Shown here: positions 1 to 12,808 of the stretch, piece after piece | Numbering within the stretch: position 1 is the first letter of the stretch | How the letters are laid out: every line of letters starts with the position of its first letter | Assembly: GCA_010093705.1 (NCBI GenBank) | Contig: MU006098.1 | Location: 944,666 to 1,008,665, forward strand | DNA from: Patellaria atrata CBS 101060 | Lineage: Eukaryota | Direction: 5' to 3' | DNA: 64,000 nt | Made by a program: the position numbers and the translations under genes | Notes under the pieces: generated by a model | What the model was told of the DNA's origin: nothing | The model's input: the letters and a program-made list of their open reading frames with translations, nothing else | The model's database searches: none

Positions 1-2920
1 CCATGACGTGTTCTTGTATTTTTATAAAAAAAAAACACACATGAAGTACTTTGGTCAGTTAAGTGCAGGAACGTAAGGTAGCAGATACCATCGGGTAGCC
101 TTCATATCAGGTTAGTAGTAAGAGCCTCCACTGTGAGGTTGTAAGGTATACTCATCCTTAAAACTACAAGTCCCCGCATTTTTCTTTCAGTGTTTTACTG
201 TACTGTCAAGGTTGAATTACGCCTTTACGGTAGTTCTTATGGATTATTTCAGTTCGCTTCTAATTACGTGCAACCTGTCCTCTTTCGCTCCGTAAGGTAC
301 CTTACGCCATTATTCCCACAAAGTTTACCTTATTATTCCTCACATTCCTCATACTGAAGTCAAGGACGGCACCCATTTTAAACGGTGGAAACATGTTCGG
401 GCTGACATCTGAAACGTCTAGTAGGATCCCGTTGTGCTCTCGGCACCAATCTGCGTATGTGTCTCGAGAAAATTATGAGTAAGGTGTGGTCCCCTCCTCG
501 CTGATCTCTCCCAGCAAAAGCTTTGGTTTTTGGTTTTTAATATGGGTGACGCCCGCAGCGCAGAAGTAGTGGCTTGACCTGCTCAAGATCAATATAATCG
601 AAGCTGCACCTCACTCTGTTCGACAATTCCAGACTGCTTTAGTTTCCTCTTGCTGGTGAATCATTCCTGGCTTGTGGCTGGACGAAAAGTCATCTGCCAT
701 GGAAGAAAAGTCAGATCAGTTTGTGTTATACCGTAAAGCCTTGAAACTACTCCCGTAGTCCCGTATCCCGGCCTGGTTTGAAACCTGGGAAGTCGTACGA
801 AGATCTTCAACTGTATGACTTACGAGTAAAATAATAATACGGAGCAAGAAAAGACCTGACCTTGGGGGTAGTTCTGTTCTACGGGAAACATTATTACCTT
901 GGTCGTGTGTGGTAGATACCTGACCTACCCGTGGGGAAGAAGGGGAGGGGGGGAGGGGGGGGAGGGGTGGGGGTGTAAATCTCACCACAAGGTACAGTAC
1001 CTCGCAGTAGGAGCTTAGATCCAAGGTAGGGCGTCGTCAACATCACAAAGATCTATTCGGCACTTTTCTTAATCTTTGCCTGCACTCCGCAGAGTATCCC
1101 TTGATTTCCTGTTACCTGCTTCTGGTTTGTCTCTTGGGGTAAATTCGGCAACTGGATCGGGGTGTCGATACCGCCAATAGAATTCCATCAGACTGAGGGT
1201 GAAGATGCTGGTGATGCGACAGACGAGCCATGAATCCATCGTTATTGCCATCTCCATACTGCAAGGCCATAACGCTTGTTAAACGTTAAGGAAGTAAAAG
1301 GCGTAGCGAGACGGAGATCGTCTCGTCAATCGCGGCGATCTTAGCCATGAAGCATAACAGAAGAGAGGGATGTACAGCCGATCTCCCTCCGGATACATAG
1401 ACAGGTACGAGAGTTGGCTGTCGTCGTAACTCGTAAGATGTTAATCTTTTACTGCTGATAATCAAGATCGTGCATTGCCTATCCCATTCGCTTCCGACTC
1501 GATCATCGTTCATCGGCTGTCTACGATTAATCAGGTCCGAGTTCCAGACCTCATTCGGCGGCTTTCCGTCTCCTAACATCATATCTCCTCCTGCTCGTCC
1601 AAGAAGGTTTTCGTCGACTACCGGTATGATACTTGCAGAGGACTGGAACAATCGTTACAAAGAACTCATCTGAATTCTACCGCCTGGCAGGGCTGGACCT
1701 CAGAATTGGCCCTAAGGATCTGGAGGTGCCCACTCCGTTTGGCTAGGGATATGTGATGGACTTGGTTTAATTCCCTCTAACGGTAGTGCGTCGTGCTCAT
1801 GTTCTGGATTATCAAATGGTGACGCTCGAAACGGAAGCGGACGGTTCATCTTCGATTCTCAGCTTGGGATGAAATAGAGTTACTGCGACACCAGGTAGCA
1901 AAATGTGGTTACTATAGTTCCACGTCGACGGCGGAAAACTTCAGACTGTGCTGTAGGGAACGACTTGGTGACGTACAACTGATCCAGATTGTGCTGACGC
2001 ACACACCAGGAGTGATCAATCTTTAGCAGCTGCTGATACTCTAGATAAAAAGAGTACACCAGGGTATGTACTCTACAACAATCGTGGGATAGGAGACAGT
2101 ACTGGCCCAAACAAGGGTGATATGTCCTTCACAAAGAGCTGTAAAACCTTGGAGCATAAGTCTTTCCTACATATCTCTCGATAACCTGAGATACTTTCGT
2201 CGCTACTAAATTGAATCGCGAGCACATCAAAGGGGGATAGGCTCTTTAGACCTCCGGGAAAAGATTATTGACGGTAAATTCCATGAACAGTGCCATATAA
2301 AACATCTAGCTCATGAGTCTTTACGCTGTCGTGCTATGAAGAAATGGCATGTTTGAGCATGTCATGTCTCAGAGACATTCTCTACGCAGGGAACAAATCG
2401 GAAGATCCAATTAGGAAAATTAAACCCAGGGAAGAATGTGTGAGGAATATGATCTGGAGATATTTAGACGTGAGATTCTTATCAATTTCGTCATTCTGCT
2501 ATACTTGAGCCCTGTACTAAGGCTGCTGTCGAAAAGAGCGAATACTGGAGATATCGATTTAAGCAAAAGAAAATAACTTGACCGTAGATACTCATAGTAT
2601 TTGACTTAAATAAGCTGATAACTAGGCAGGTGTTGAAGGGGATGTGACAAGTACCTTATCATTCATGGATCCGAGAACACTACCTTGTGACTCATGCCTA
2701 TTTTCCCATCCTAACATACTAGAGCGCGTATGGCAATAAGAAAATAGCCATACTCTTCTTGAAAGAAGTTGAAATGATCTTGAAACACAATCATACATAT
2801 ATTATGCATTACACCGCGCTGGGACGTCCCTTTTTCGTTTCCCTCGGTATATCAGAAACACATAAACGCCGGTTTGTCATGGAAGTGAACACAAAACCTC
2901 TATAGCCCACCATAGTGACA

Positions 2921-4793
2921 TTAGATATTCTCCTCGTTTTCCCTGGTCTTCGCCATTTCCGCAAATGCACAACTTAGCCCCACAACAAAGAGTACCGCAT
3001 TGAATGCCGCCATCAAAAAGAATGGCGCCCCTCTGTCCAGATTATCGAACATCCACCCGCCTAGCTTCGTCAGAAGCAAGATTCCTGCACCTCCATACAA
3101 CGAATAACACCCCGCAATGGAGCCCTTGAGATGCGCTCTCGATGAAGCACCAACTGGCATCTCAATGCTTCTAATATGTGAGGGCATAAGCGGAGAAGTC
3201 TCGTTTAGGAGTGCCTGGGATACAAAGTGCTCAGGACTAAGCAAGGGATCACGAAGAGTGGCAGAACCGACAGATGGCGAGACAAGGGGGGTCGAGGAAG
3301 ATGTATGATTGAAATCGCCGTTCGCCCTGTCTATGCCATTCGCATGGTATGATAGTGGTGGATACGAGGCATTCTGGATACCGTGACTGAGGAGACCGAG
3401 ACTACAAACGATCGCGCCGATTTGACTGATGCCAAGTAGAGCAACGATGAGAAAAACGCCACCACTACCATCATCGCTTTGAGGATCTGGACTTTGGAGG
3501 AGACCAAACGATGCATAACCAGCCATACCGGCCGCGGCGGCTACCAGGAGTGGAATGTTGAATCGTTCATACCTGGCAGAGAGCCAGCCGAACAACGGAG
3601 CGCATATCAATGCTAATAGTTGCGAAGTGCCTGTCAATGTTGCAGCTAGGATATAAGCACGGCGGCAACTCCCTTTAAAGGAGGCATCGTCTTCTGGGTC
3701 CTGCCTGCAGATACCGGAGGAAAAGAAGTAGGAATTCACAAATAACGGGATGAAAAGTGATATAGCAACTGATGACGCTCGTGCGACGAATCCTGCTAGA
3801 TACCCAAGGCCTATCCTGATGTCTTGAAACCCAAGCGAAACCGCCTCTAGAATGAGTCGTCCGTAAGAGAGACTCGGTTGAGATGAAGTTGGTACCTCTA
3901 AGTACTTATCAGGAGCCGCGGTTATAAGCTTCTTCCAAGTTTTATGGCCCTCGCCTGGGAGTTTTTGGAGACCAATGAAGCAGAAGATTGCAATGGCGAA
4001 GGCTACTGTACCAACAGCATAGAAGCTAGCCGCGATAGCAGCACTCGGACTATAATTGCCATACTTTTGAAACTGCGCGGGTAAAGGGAGAAATACCAGA
4101 AGCGCAAGCAATGCTCCTAGCCCAGTAAACATCCCTACGAGTCCAGCTATTTGCGAGGTTGATGCTTTACTAGATTTAGGAGGTGTAGAGTTCCTGGTCG
4201 GTGAACTGGAACGATATCGAGCCGGGGTGATCGTCAACTCTGAGGATATTGAAGGCGTGACATTGTGAGAGTAGCCATTAGACTGTCTAATGCGCAGATT
4301 CGAGCCCGGAAAGGTGATGTGTGTCATCGTAGGCAGAATAGCGGTAACCATGGTGGTCCTGCTCGAAATGTCAGCATCTTCTCTACTGAGGGAATGGAAT
4401 ATGCTATGAGCGCACTCACGTTGCAGCTCCGCCTATGCTAAATAACAGCCTCGCAAGCAATAACTGTGGGTACACATTCTTCGCCTGAACAAATACAAAC
4501 AAACTCAAGCCCACCAATGAAAATCCCACCACAGTTACCGTCCGCACTCCAACCCGATCGCTCACGACACCCCAAAGAGGGCACGCAACAAGAGCGACAA
4601 GTTCATCCGCAAAGCCAAGTGTACCTACAGCATCCCCCACATTATGGCGCTGCTTTATGCGATCGGTGATAACGAAGGAAACCGACGAATTGAGGAAGAC
4701 GAGGAAACTGATACTGAACAGCGCAGCACCGCAGAGGTAGCACGCAATCTGGAGACGGGAAGCAGTAAAACCGAGTGTCAGCAGATTTGCCAT
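2921..4793 (-). CDS. Major facilitator superfamily transporter, 2 exons (4793-4420, 4358-2921)
   Basis: Two hydrophobic ORFs join in frame across a GTGAGT...GCTGAC...CAG intron (4419-4359). MFS motif-A-like 'WGVVSDRVGVR' and 'FGWLSARYER'; many TM segments. Confidence 0.88.
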
Positions 4794-5739
4794 GATGATA
4801 GATGTCGAATTGAGAGCATTGGGAGCATCTGTTCGGAGAGAGCACCTGGTAATTGCAGTGTAGAACGGCTCACTCACAATGAGGTGGCTACGTTTGATAC
4901 TCCGTCCTGTAATCGTAATGTGGCGGCGGGAGCTGACGTCCGGGAAGCGAGTCGCGTTTAATTTCTAGTTTTACCTCACAACCGTCCTACCTCAGTGTAG
5001 GTAGCTTCAACCTAAGTCAAGTATGGAGTACAAAGGACACAGTAATTTACTATAAAGCATCCTAATAGATTCCCGTCGGATCCGCTAAATTACAATTTCC
5101 CAAAGCCTGCAACTCACCAAACAACCAGACTGAGGTGTACGGATACTGTACTGTCCAGTGGACCGGAAACTGTACGAGGAGCCTTCAGTATAGACCTAGG
5201 AATCGGAAACCAGCTCTTCAAAGAACGGTGTATTGAGGACAAAAACTATGCAGACCAGTCTCAACATACGTAGGACTTGACGATACAGTCGATAGTACAG
5301 AGCGTACTCTCCAGATACTTCGAATTCAACACCGCTGTGACGCCACCAGCCGATGGAATTGTAACATGGTGCTGATGAAGTATATTATACCCTAATGATA
5401 GATTATCGTCCGAACATCCTTCCAAAGTTGAATATCAGTTGTCTCATACAGTTAAAGCAAGTATAACGAGAACACGAATATCCAGAACCCCGTCCTAAGA
5501 TAAGGTAAATCATAGAAGACATCTACATTATAAAAAAGAAAAAAGTCCATATCCGGCATTAGCAGCGGCCGCGCATCATCAGAAGACAAACAATAACAAG
5601 GATTCAGCTACGAGGCAACCTGCTCCAGGCGCTGATTAACCCCTCTAGCCGTGGATAGGCCCGTCCCTCGTTCTTGGTCCTTCAATGATAGAATCAATAT
5701 AGAGCACATTCATCTCTCCGTAAAAATTCAGGTCGAAAA

Positions 5740-6575
5740 TCATTTTGTTGACATACCATCTAATTCATAAGGAGGGCGTGTTGGATTTGACATTCCTCTA
5801 GGGTAAGAATACGTCGTCCGATACGCACTCGGTGGCATTACCATGGGCTCCCTTCTCGAAAGAGTCAGATTTCTGTTTCTCTCCTTTCGGTAAAGCCAAA
5901 GGGCCGCCATCAAACCGATCAAGAGAGGCAGACCGACACCAACACCGACACCTGTAAGCGCACCAACAGTGTAAGTGTTACTACTATTTGTAGCCAGCGA
6001 GGCCCCACTCGCTGAAATCGAGGGAGGTGAGATGCTACTTGTAACTGAAGATATTGAAGATGACAGTGGAGGCGTTGATGTACCAGCTGCAGCGATAGAT
6101 AGGGCAAGCTGTGTCGGTCGAAGAACGACTTGACGCACAGCAGTATCGATTTCAAACGTATTCGTTTCGTCGTCGCATTGGTCTCCTCCAACGTCACAGG
6201 CATATTTCTTCACAGGGTACATGGCACATATGGAGATAGCCATTCCATTTGAAGTTCTGTCTAGAAAGAGCGATTAGCAAAGTCAAGCGGGCAACTGTTT
6301 GGAAAACAAGGCGCACCATTCCGACAGTATCTCGCACATACTGGGTCAGTCCAAGATCGATCTGTACAGCTACCACGACTGAGCACACCGTCCCAACATA
6401 AACCGTTTCCAAAGCAGTATGCATTCGCTCCACAACACGCACTGCTCGTGGCCGTAAAGTTGCATGGTACGTCAAATTCTGCAATTGCGCCTGATGGATA
6501 GTAGCATATCTGTGCCTGGGCAGCTAAAAACAAGCAAACTGCAATCACAGCAGAAAGACAATACGAAAAAGCCAT
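5740..6575 (-). CDS. Type I membrane protein: signal peptide, Cys-rich ectodomain, Ser/Thr stalk, single TM (Mid2-like architecture), 2 exons
   Basis: Signal peptide MAFSYCLSAVIAVCLFLAAQA; Cys-rich 'CYYPSG..CC..CFGNGLC..RGSCTDRSW..C'; intron 6316-6261 (GTGCGC..GCTAAT..TAG) joins in frame; TM 'GALTGVGVGVGLPLLIGLMAALWLY' followed by RKERNR. Confidence 0.85.
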
Positions 6576-7300
6576 CAGGGTTGTCGCTAGACGTTATGTC
6601 AGTGGTTGTAGAAAGGTAAAAAACACGTTCTCACCTCCACTAGCGGATAGACAATAAATTCTGGGTTACGCTTCTAGTCTTCTAGTAGGACGAATCCCTA
6701 CGACTCGATGAGGCATCGTGCTTGTTAATATTCATCTCTAAATGTGGTCGAGGGAGAGCTGGTCGACTACTGTACTCTATAGTCTTCAGTAGTCCCTTGG
6801 TCGGTACTACATATCGAGGATTTCGCTTTAACCATTTCCCTTATGAACAGCCCACCGAATGTTCCAAATCCATAAACGCGACAAATGATTTGGTATTCTG
6901 GACAAAGGGATCGTTGGTTGTGACAGCTCAACGTCGAGGAAGTTCATCGTGCGTTTGAGATAACCCCTATGCAGTTGGAAGCATGGATTGCATCACAGCG
7001 CCAAGGTAACTACCTTAATTCTATCGTGCGACATTCCTTGCTAGCCGAGTTAGTTACACCAAAAATAAGATATATACAGGGATATGGACCGATATATATA
7101 ACTTATATATAAATTGGAAACTTATTAAAATAGTTGATTATAGAATTAACGTCAAAAATCATGTACGGTATGGCAACTTTTGCGACAGAACTAACCTGGA
7201 ACAAACAGTCAAGATAAGAATATATATCAAAGAAATGGTGTAGAAGACCACTAGACTATGTTCTTCTTAAAGTATATACGCTGGGTCGTTTGCAGAAGAC

Positions 7301-8380
7301 TTATACCCATCCTTCCAGGCTCATGGTCTTCTGTGTCCATTGTTCCAACTTATCTCGAACGACATCGTTTTTCGCAGACGGACTGAGAGGATCCGCATGG
7401 CTCGCTACTTTGGCGATGCGGACAAAGTATTTTCCACTTTGTTCCGATTTCATTTCTGAGCTCGCCCCACAAAAGACGGACGTGTACGAGCCAATGTCAC
7501 CATTGACATATCCGCCAAAGAAGTTGAAGAACTTCAAAAGGCGTTGAAGATTTGCGTCGGTAGTTCGGCCAGCAAGTTGACTAAAGATTCGGCCTGGTCA
7601 ATATATAGTATAATAGTAGCTCGTCATTGAATTTTCTTACCTCTCCACTAGCCCTGGGGTGTACGGCGCTGGTCCAGATCTCTCCTTTGCCTCCCTTAGC
7701 ATGCTGGGAATTAGGACCGTACAAGCGATGCAATGTTTTTGCGTGTAAGATGTTCGCAAGCTTGCTTTGACCATACTGGGTCATCCCAATATCTTTGGTC
7801 AACTGGTCTTTCATATCTGGGTCTTCGAAGGGCGATACCACCGCGTGGAGAATACCAATGGCCAGCGCTAGTCAGGTTGACTAGCCTTACGTCGCCGGGT
7901 TTGGACACTTTGGCAGTGCGAAGAAGACACGGCAGCAATCGGCAGGTAAAGACCCAATGTGCAAGATAGTTCGTTTGCCATTCGGTAGCATGACCATCCT
8001 TGGTCAAACTATGCTTAATATTCATGACGCCAGCATTGTTGATCAAGCAATGCAATTCATTTCTACAGAAAGGAAGGATTCGCTAGCAGAAACCACTGTG
8101 GCAAGTGATGTATGGTCCATGACAAGAACTTGTAAGTCTGCTTTTGGGTACAATTTCTTTATTGCCAAAACAGTGTCATCCCCCTTTTCGGCTGAACGGA
8201 CGCAGAGATAGACTTTGGCATTGTGAGCTGCCAAGTTCTGGACGGTATAATATCCGCTAAATGATCATGTCAGAGAACTCCTCATACTAGGTTTCACAAA
8301 ACTAGGGGTAACATACATACCAGCGGTCGCCCCAGTTACGATGAAGATCCTCCCGGTAGAGAGTCCGGGTGGAAGGTCAT
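7301..8380 (-). pseudogene. Short-chain dehydrogenase/reductase (retinol dehydrogenase/WWOX-like) pseudogene with four frameshifts
   Basis: Motifs TGATAGIG, NNAG, YGQSK and (V)HPG(LV) are present but split over frames. Frame breaks near 8355, 8056, 7830 and 7656 are not bridged by splice signals. Two normal introns remain (about 8316-8258 and 7640-7581). Confidence 0.8.
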
Positions 8381-8888
8381 AGTAACCTGAAATTTCCAAG
8401 GGGAGATGTAGTGAGCGAAAACGTACTCGGTCTAAGTTAGAAAGAATGAGGTCTGGGGAGCGTGCCAGTTGGACCTCAACATGGAGGCCAGGTTACTTTA
8501 TAACATCTTCCCATGGTGATATCAGACACACTACGGATCGGACGTTAACAAAAAGCCGCGTAAATTTCATGGCAAAGTGTCTCTTAGTTATCTGTGGACA
8601 ACGCGAGAAAAGTAATGAGAATGGTGGGAAGTCCAGATTTGATATTGGCGGAAGAAATAGTCTAGCTCGAAACCGGCAAGGCGCTGTCAGCGGGTTGCAT
8701 AAATGGATCCTCTAGGCCTAACATGGCGAGGTACTCAGGGTCGACGACTGAACGACAGCTTAATTCACCCCAGTGAACGGAAAGTGACTTCCCTCGGGTT
8801 TATAAGGAAGCCATGTATTCTTCTAGAGCACTGTGCTTCGAAGGCGCTCATCTCATCTTTTGTTCAAACATTTTAGGTGCTGCTGCAG

Positions 8889-10082
8889 ATGGAAAATATG
8901 GGCCGTCTGGTCCTTACCCCAATGAAGCAGCTGGCAGAGGTGAGTGATATCATGCGATTTCAACATTTGCTGAGAACTAAACTTGACATTTTGGTAGTAG
9001 GCTGTGGAGGAGAAAGATGACTGGACGGGTATCACAGACACCAAAGTAAGACGACAGAGACAGAATAGGTTGAACCAGAGAGCTCACCGTAAGTATTCTT
9101 GACCGGTCATATCTTGTCCATTGACCACCCTGCAACGCATTTTTCCTCTTGATGACATATCCTACTCCTCTATAATTAATTTTCCAGAGCACACGTGTGA
9201 CTGCTGTACAGAACTTGGCTCCCTGAAGACTACTGTCCCTAGGCTATTATACGCTGATAATGTATTTTAATGTAATCCCAGAATTAATCACGTTCTGAAT
9301 ATGTTCACGGATGGTATGGGATCCTTTTCATATGTATATTCTCCTTGTACATCTCTTTGGAATATCCCTTAATTACCTCAGAGGTTGACATTCAGTGTAC
9401 AGGCCGTCGGAAAGCTACTCCTGTAGCTGTGACAGCGCACCTTACCGACCGTGGCAAGGAGTCCATCCCGAGTCCTCAAGATCAACATGGAAATCCACTC
9501 CCAATGCCTTTAATACCCTACATCTCAGCCTCGGGTTCAGCACCGCACTCATTCACTAACCAGTTTTACTTCCCGCTCTCGTCCGACCACCTCATCACCA
9601 TTATTCAATTCAATGTTCTCCGTGGGATTTTGACCAATATGACCATCCTCAACCTCCTCTCAACTCTTCCATTAGAATGTGGCGGTGCTTTAAACCTCCC
9701 GCAGCATCCTTACCCAGATTCTTCATCAGTTCTGCTCTCTCTCCTGCCCACTCCCCTACAAATACTTACTCAGCACGCTCCCTGGATCGACATATTCCCT
9801 AGTGCCACTGTCCGCGACAACCTTATTCGCAACCAAGGATACTACGACGATGAAGAGCTATGTCACGACATGGTAGGTGGGCTGTACGAGGGCTTCGATG
9901 AGGTGCAGAGGTATGGGATGGTAGTGTGGAACGATCCTTGGGCTGCGGAGGGGTGGGGGGTCACAGAGGGATTTGTACAGGAGTGGGGTTTCTTATTGAA
10001 AGGGGCGGGCGAAATTATTGCGGCAACAAATCGATGGAGAGGTTTAAGGGGAGAAAATGAACTGGTGCTTGAGTACACATGA
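8889..10082 (+). CDS. bZIP-like / DUF3425 transcription factor, 3 exons (8889-8939, 9001-9088, 9403-10082)
   Basis: Exon 2 encodes 'DDWTGITDTKVRRQRQNRLNQRAHR' (basic region). Exon 3 has DUF3425 hallmarks 'DHLITIIQFNVLRG', 'PTPLQ..HAPWIDIFP..RDNLI', 'VWNDPW..GW..TEGF..WG'. Canonical GT-AG introns. Confidence 0.85.
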
Positions 10083-10638
10083 TGGATGTGGGCTTTCCTG
10101 TAGATGGCACAAAAGTGGAGGTAACAGGAGGTAAAAGGTCTACAACACATTTTTCGCTGATATAGTGTAAAACGAACCGTGAGATCTCGGTACTGAACAG
10201 TAGAACAAAAATTCTTTTGGGGTCGATTCAGCGGCGAAGAGCTTATTCCCACCTCAAAGATATCGGATATCCGAGACACTATAAGCCTTTTACAGCGGGA
10301 AAATTTGCGTACCTGCACTCTCTAGTCCAGTTGTACAGCACAGTACAGTATAGGTAGAGACAAAAGACCTCTGACCCTGGCTGTCAGGATCTTAACATGC
10401 ATCAAGCATCTGCTGGATGCATTGGGTCCGATTGACATTTTTCTTTTTGTAGTTGATTAGGAATTAGTGAGTTATACTGTACAATGAAGCAGAAAGTTCT
10501 CTAGTCAGGGTGATTTTCCCCTAGATTAAATCAATCCGAAAATTTCTTGGCGGTACAGTACGTTAACTTCTCGTCTTAATGCTCTATGGCGAACCTTGCA
10601 TCTTTCAGATTATAATCATATCTCTTCTAGAGGGTATA

Positions 10639-12195
10639 ATGGACTCTCTTACGCCTGCAGTTCTAGTTGCACGTTACCTCCGAACAAGCGGATACGACGA
10701 GGTAATCCTAGTTTTATCTTGATGGCTCGACTTTGCGAAATCCGATACTGCGATTGAAAACTCCTGCTTCAATGTGACACGGACTGCTAACTAACGCTTC
10801 AGTCTGAATATCATAGACACTCACAACCTTTCTAAAAGAGGCTGGGCTTCCCCTTGACACAGGTACTTCCAATGGCAAGAATGATATCACCATTGAACAG
10901 GTCTTGCAGGAGAAGAAGACCTTCGATTTGAGCTTGCAGTTCGAAAAGTTAGGGACAGAAGGTGAAGATGGGCGTTGGAAGATTCTTGGTATTGGACAAT
11001 ATCCGCATACTCTCTTAATATGATACTAATTACTTTAGCGCCAAGCACCGCCTTTGCAGTAGATACTCTGCCTTCGTCCTCTAATCTCCTTCACATCTCG
11101 ATCGAGCCCATCCACTTAAGAGACACAGACAGTGTAGAGCTCTCATTGTTTGCAACAACGGCAGATCGGAGAATAAATATGGTGAAACTAGATTCAGGCT
11201 CATTCGACTTGATCAATTCCCATCTACAAACGAACGATTCCCCTGTACTCTCGTCCTTCGTTCTTAGGTCGAGATATCTTATAACAGCATCGATGTCCGG
11301 AAAAGTGACACTGTTCGACCTTCTCAGAAAAGAAAAGCTAGTGGTAAGACAGGACCATTCAAAATATGTGGTCCAATTAGCACACTGGGAAGGTGGCAAC
11401 GACATCTTTCTGGCTACCGCTGGGTGGGATAAGAAGATCTTAATATACCGCCTGGAGCTAGCTACAGGAGGAAAGCCATCATTGGGCGCCCCCATAGGGG
11501 CAGCAAATCTCCCAACTAACCCTGAATCTATTATCTTCGCTGAACATCCAGATTCTACGCTCCCTGTTCTGCTCGCCAGTCGCAAAGATTCCACTCACTT
11601 GTATTTCTTTCTCGTTCCTTCATCTACATCCGACGTTTTAGCATCTCCGTTACCTCTCCAAATGCTAGGGAAGCAAAACCTCGCTCCTCACTCAAACGCG
11701 TGGATATCCTTTACCCCATCCTCGGTTGCACTCTCCCCTATTGATTCCTCTCTCATTGCCATCGCAACCTCTGCAGTCCCCCATATGAAGCTGATAATAG
11801 CTCGACTGCTACTACCACCCCTTCCGTCCTTTGAAGCTAGCGCCGCTATTCAGCCCGAACTCTCACAAGCTTCTCAGGTTCGTACTGCATTGGCTCTGCA
11901 AGAACGGGAAGCAGCCGCCATCCTCATCAATGTGACAACTCTATCACCTCAGACGCAGTACTCGACTCCGGCGCTTGCTTGGAGGCCGGATGGTAGTGGG
12001 ATATGGGTTAACAGTGACGATGGCGTTATTCGAGGCATTGAAACTGGGACTGGAAAGGTGGTGGCCACACTAAGAGGTCACGAAGCCGGATCGAAGATTA
12101 GATGTCTTTGGGCTGGCATGGTAGGGGAGGAGGAGTGGTTGGTGAGTGGTGGTTTCGATCGGAAGTTGATCGTTTGGCGAGAGACGAAAGCATAA
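10639..12195 (+). CDS. LisH-motif plus WD40-repeat protein, 3 exons (10639-10701, 10817-10988, 11039-12195)
   Basis: N-terminal 'LVARYLRTSGYDE|TLTTFLKEAG' LisH motif; WD signatures 'LATAGWDKKILIY' and 'LRGHE..LVSGGFDRKLIVW'. Confidence 0.85.
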
Positions 12196-12808
12196 TACCG
12201 GTTCGGAGAATGGGCGAAGTCATCAAGATCGGTATGAAGGAACGAGTGCAAGTTCATATTTTCCTTTCTACGGGCTGACGAGGGTTCATGAAATGTGAGT
12301 AAGGTGTGATGCATATATCGGCCTTTGTCCGATTGATGAGTATGTTACACATGATGTGACTGAAAAGTCCGAAGGTAAAAGTCCTGTTACACTCACATGG
12401 GTAAGGTAATAACATAAATACCTTACCCTTACCTTACCGTATCCTTTTTTATTACTTTGGTTCTTGTAAGGTAATCAGAAGGTAAGGTACCGTATTCGTC
12501 GTCATAGAGGACTGGGCTTCGACCTAGGTAAGGTTGTGCGGCACCGCTTACCATTTCAAGCCACAGTCAAGTTACCTTATTAATCAGGATTTGGCCGTTT
12601 CCCACTTTCGGACTTGCTTACAATACCTGCACAATCCTCCAAGGGTTCGAACTTCCCACCGACTCCGATACTTTTAGCGCGGCGCTGTATTATAGAATAC
12701 CTTATACACACCAAACACTCGAACTTCTGACCTTATTAGCCTTCGCTCTCCTAGATATCCTTCTTTGTTGTTCTTGAATGTTTCTTCCTTCACATTGAAC
12801 CCGTCCCG

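Noticed and set aside
716..2110. Several short ORFs and a G-rich tract (about 923-973) that could form a G-quadruplex
   Set aside because: No recognisable protein motifs or consistent exon chain. The G/C tract resembles ordinary fungal pyrimidine-rich promoter tracts.
9089..9402. Unusually long (314 nt) intron in the DUF3425 gene with a possible stop-containing cassette at about 9282-9313
   Set aside because: The splice signals are weak and could arise by chance; no support without transcripts.
10702..10816. Possible stwintron (nested intron) in LisH-WD40 intron 1
   Set aside because: Removing the inner intron would leave an outer intron of only about 15 nt, too short to splice.
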